A model generated the notes under the pieces. That model was not told where the DNA came from and did no database searches. It saw nothing but the letters and a program-made list of their open reading frames with translations. This document shows, one piece after another, positions 6,371-9,302 of a DNA stretch of 9,302 bases. The stretch comes from a virus (Duplodnaviria; Heunggongvirae; Uroviricota; Caudoviricetes): IMG/VR virus record IMGVR_UViG_2537561977_000032; one strand, 5' to 3'. Numbering within the stretch: position 1 is the stretch's first letter; every line of letters begins with the position of its first letter. The position numbers were made by a program, and so were the translations under genes.

Positions 6371-6589
6371 ATTTTTGAGCGGTGCGGACTCTGGCGGGAA
6401 GAACGAACAGGCGCCGGAAGCCTGATCACGGTTGTGTGCTTTGAGCACATAGAAGACTTTGTGGCAGATATTGCCGTTATTTTTAACTGGTCGCCCGCCG
6501 AAATCTTCATGATGACGCCCGGCGAAGTGGTTAGCTGGCGTGAGCGGGCGGCACTTCGCAGCGGGAATGCAGACAATGAAGACTCTTGA
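6371..6589 (+). other. E': E'-like extension ORF overlapping the start of T, but in the same frame as E (not -1)
   Basis: 73 sense codons straight after the E TAA, protein-like (IFERCGLWREERTGAGSLITVVCFEHIEDFVADIAVIFNWSPAEIFMMTPGEVVSWRERAALRSGNADNEDS), ending TGA 6587-6589 inside T. The sequence AAATTTTTG at 6369-6377 resembles the P2 E/E' slippery site TTTTTTG but sits in the +1 frame relative to E. Confidence 0.55.
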
Positions 6590-9302
6590 TATCCGGGTCG
6601 CTTTCAGCGCCGTTGACAGGCTGACCCGGCCTGCCGAAAACGCCCGCCGCCTGATGGGGCAGTTTGGTGACTCCATCCAGCGAACGCAGGGGGCGATCAA
6701 AAATCTCGAGCGTCAGGCGCGTTCATTTGAGCGCGCCCGTGACGCTGTCAGTAAAGCGGATGCGGGCATCGTGAAAGCACGACGCCAGCTTAACGCCCTT
6801 AATCAGTTACAACGCACGGGTACAGTGCTCAGCGAAAAACAACAAAAGCTGATGCAGCAGTTAAGCACCCGGCTTGAACGCCTGAATGAATCGCGCACAC
6901 GGGAAATTCAGAAAATGCGGGAGCTTGGCGGAGAGCTGAAACGCCACGGCATTTCCCTGACAGGCAGCGATAACACCATCCAGCAGGCCATCAGACGCAC
7001 CGGACAATACAACAACCAGCTTGAACGCGAACGGCGGGCGCTTGCGCGTGTAACGCAGGCGCGTGAGCGGTATTCACGCGCGCAGGAAACAGCGGGAAAA
7101 CTGAAAACAGGTGGTGCGCTGGCAACAGGTGCGGCGGCAGCTGGCGGCTATGCTGCCGGGCGTTTTTTGCAGCCCGCTATCGGGTTCGGCAAAGAGATGT
7201 CCCGCGTTCAGGCACTGACGCGAATCGACAAAAACAGCCCGCAGTTTAAGGCGCTGCGTGAGCAGGCGTTAAAACTTGGCTCTGAAACGCAGTTTACCGC
7301 AGGCGATGCCGCCAGTGGACAGGCATTTCTTGCAATGGCTGGCTTCACACCGCAGGCCATTCAGGCTGCGCTTCCCGGCGTGCTGAGCATGGCAACGGCT
7401 GGCGGTATGGATCTTGGCGAGACGGCGGATATTGGCTCAAATATCCTGACGCAGTTCGGCCTCTCTGCTGACCAGATGGACCGGGTTGGCGACACGCTTA
7501 CAGCAGCGTTTACCCGTACCAACACCGACCTTCGCGCACTGGGCGAAACCATGAAATATGCAGGCCCGGTGGCAGGTAAGCTGGGAATATCGCTGGAGCA
7601 GGCCGCTGCGATGGCGGGCGTGCTGGCGAATATGGGTATCAGGGGGAGTGATGCTGGCACAGCGTTGCGTAAAAGCCTTGCCAATCTGTCATCGCCGCCA
7701 AAGGCGGCAGCAGAAGCTCTGAAAGAGCTGGGCGTGTCTGTCTCCGATGCCGGGGGCAAAATGCGCCCGATGGAAGATCTGCTGGCTGACCTTTATAAAG
7801 CCACCCGCAAATACGGGGAGGTTGACCGGGTATCGTTCTTTAAGGACATCGCCGGAGGAGAGGCTTTTACATCGTTTATGGCTCTTGTTGATGCGGCAGG
7901 TAACGGCTCCTTACCCAAACTGAGAAAAGAACTTGAAGGCGCACGCGGTGAGGCTGAACGCACGGCAAAGGTTATGGCCGACAACCTTGACGGCGATCTG
8001 AAATCACTTGGCAGTGCATGGGAAGGGCTTCGTATCCGCATTGCAGATCTGATTGACGGTCCGCTGCGTTCTGTCACGCAGTGGCTCACGCGGATAGTCT
8101 CAAAAGTGACGGCGCTGGCGCAGGCCCATCCGGCACTGACGCGCCAGTTACTGATAGCGGGAGGCGCACTGCTGGCGACAACAGCAACGGTTGGTTCGTT
8201 GTCTCTGGTTATTGGGGTGCTTCACGGGAAGCTGGCCACCTTGCGTCTTGGTTTTGACATTCTTACCCGGTCAATGAATGTCGTCAGGGTGCTGCCTGCG
8301 CTGTGGGGAATGGTGACGGGTTCTGTTTCTTTGCTGGGAGGCGCTATCGGGGCGCTGTTCAGTCCGGTTGGTCTTATCGTGGCTGCGCTTGCCGGAGCTG
8401 CCGTTCTCATCTGGAAATACTGGGATCCCATCAGGGCATTTTTTGCCGGGGTGTTCAACGGGATTATGGAGCGGCTGGCCCCGTTGCGCGAAACCTTTGA
8501 ACGGTTCGGTCCTGTTTTTGATGTCGTGCGCGATGGGATTATTCAGGTCTTTAACTGGTTTAAATCGCTGCTGTCACCGATGGAGTCCAGCAAGGAAACG
8601 CTGGATAAATGCACCAGTGCTGGCGAGATATTCGGTAACGTTCTTGGTGGCGCGTTACAGCTTGTTCTGACGCCTGCAAAAATGTTGCTGGATACGCTGG
8701 CGTGGATACTTGAAAAGCTCGGAGTTCTTCCGGATGAAGCGGAAAGGGCGAGAAAGAAAATCGAAGATGCACAGCGTGCGGCCATTCTTCAGGACAGGGT
8801 TGCTCTGCTTCAGGGGGACCTGGCGAAAATCAATCCGCCGAAGTCTGCGGGAAATGGCACCGGAGGCGATAAACCCAAAGACAACAAACCGCTCACAGAC
8901 AGCAATACCGGCACATTACGCAGGCTCAGCAAAATTGCTGATAACACAGGTAAGCTGGTTGAGGAGACGAAACGTATTGGCCCCGGCGATATTGTCTTTA
9001 AGAACCTGCCCCGCGCACTTGCTGTTCGTGGGGAGTGGCAGGAGCAGAAGATTGCGCAGGTCAGTAAGCCTGCCCCCGCAATTAATATCACACCCGTGGT
9101 CCCGGCTCCGCTGCCTCCGGCGCTGGTCCCTGTTGTTGCGGCCAGCTCCCGCCCGGTGGCGGAGGCCATACGATCGCCAGTAGCATCAGTTCCTGCAACT
9201 TCCCGTAACCGGGAGCCTGTTGCCTCCGGATTTGGCGGTGAAATTCATGTTCATCTGCATAACGTTGTTACGCAGAATCCCCGCGAACTGGCGAAACTGG
9301 TC
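6576..9302 (+). CDS. T: Tail tape measure protein (P2 gpT family), 3'-truncated by the window edge
   Basis: Uninterrupted sense frame from ATG 6576 (alternative in-frame ATG at 6567) to the end of the window, at least 909 codons. Absent from the ORF track because no stop is reached. Coiled-coil-like, Q/R/E/A-rich N-terminal third (MKTLDIRVAFSAVDRLTRPAENARRL...), central G/A-rich hydrophobic segments (LLIAGGALLATTATVGSLSLVIGVL; GAIGALFSPVGLIVAALAGAAVLIW), and position after E/E' are typical of tape-measure proteins. Confidence 0.85.
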   Translation, partial: MKTLDIRVAFSAVDRLTRPAENARRLMGQFGDSIQRTQGAIKNLERQARSFERARDAVSKADAGIVKARRQLNALNQLQRTGTVLSEKQQKLMQQLSTRLERLNESRTREIQKMRELGGELKRHGISLTGSDNTIQQAIRRTGQYNNQLERERRALARVTQARERYSRAQETAGKLKTGGALATGAAAAGGYAAGRFLQPAIGFGKEMSRVQALTRIDKNSPQFKALREQALKLGSETQFTAGDAASGQAFLAMAGFTPQAIQAALPGVLSMATAGGMDLGETADIGSNILTQFGLSADQMDRVGDTLTAAFTRTNTDLRALGETMKYAGPVAGKLGISLEQAAAMAGVLANMGIRGSDAGTALRKSLANLSSPPKAAAEALKELGVSVSDAGGKMRPMEDLLADLYKATRKYGEVDRVSFFKDIAGGEAFTSFMALVDAAGNGSLPKLRKELEGARGEAERTAKVMADNLDGDLKSLGSAWEGLRIRIADLIDGPLRSVTQWLTRIVSKVTALAQAHPALTRQLLIAGGALLATTATVGSLSLVIGVLHGKLATLRLGFDILTRSMNVVRVLPALWGMVTGSVSLLGGAIGALFSPVGLIVAALAGAAVLIWKYWDPIRAFFAGVFNGIMERLAPLRETFERFGPVFDVVRDGIIQVFNWFKSLLSPMESSKETLDKCTSAGEIFGNVLGGALQLVLTPAKMLLDTLAWILEKLGVLPDEAERARKKIEDAQRAAILQDRVALLQGDLAKINPPKSAGNGTGGDKPKDNKPLTDSNTGTLRRLSKIADNTGKLVEETKRIGPGDIVFKNLPRALAVRGEWQEQKIAQVSKPAPAINITPVVPAPLPPALVPVVAASSRPVAEAIRSPVASVPATSRNREPVASGFGGEIHVHLHNVVTQNPRELAKLV

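Noticed and set aside
5858-6700. Minus-strand ORFs 5858-6151, 5944-6324, 6344-6700, 6352-6576
   Set aside because: Antisense to FII, E, E' and the start of T; no start context or motifs.
7361-9183. Minus-strand and alternative-frame ORFs across 7361-9183
   Set aside because: Antisense or out-of-frame shadows of the tape-measure gene, which is GC-rich and stop-poor on the opposite strand; Ala/Ser/Pro/Arg-rich low-complexity translations.
1-9302. CRISPR array or other tandem repeats
   Set aside because: No regularly spaced direct repeats seen anywhere in the window by eye.

Overview
This window looks like an enterobacterial chromosome segment (a probable flk gene at the left edge) joined to a P2-like (Peduovirus-type) prophage fragment. 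On the minus strand: flk (1-996), a beta-class DNA amino-methyltransferase (1226-2017) whose start is overlapped by a phage Mu Com-like zinc-finger gene (1962-2159), an Ogr-like late activator (2744-3004) and a gpD-like tail gene (3047-4154) split by a frameshift. On the plus strand, divergent from gpD: tail sheath FI (4312-5496), tail tube FII (5496-6007, frameshifted at codon 9-10), E (6062-6370), an E'-like ORF (6371-6589) and a tape-measure gene T (from about 6576) that runs off the window and is missing from the supplied ORF track. The most interesting item is the com-methyltransferase module: it copies the Mu com-mom regulatory architecture, including three GATC sites inside a dyad upstream, but the payload is a methyltransferase and it sits next to ogr. 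Other points worth a second look are three frame disruptions in tail genes (FII, D, E/E'), the non-P2 placement of D-ogr upstream of FI, and a roughly 410 bp hairpin-rich stretch with no convincing gene between ogr and a bidirectional terminator. All homology calls are from reading the translations and recall of protein families; no searches were run.
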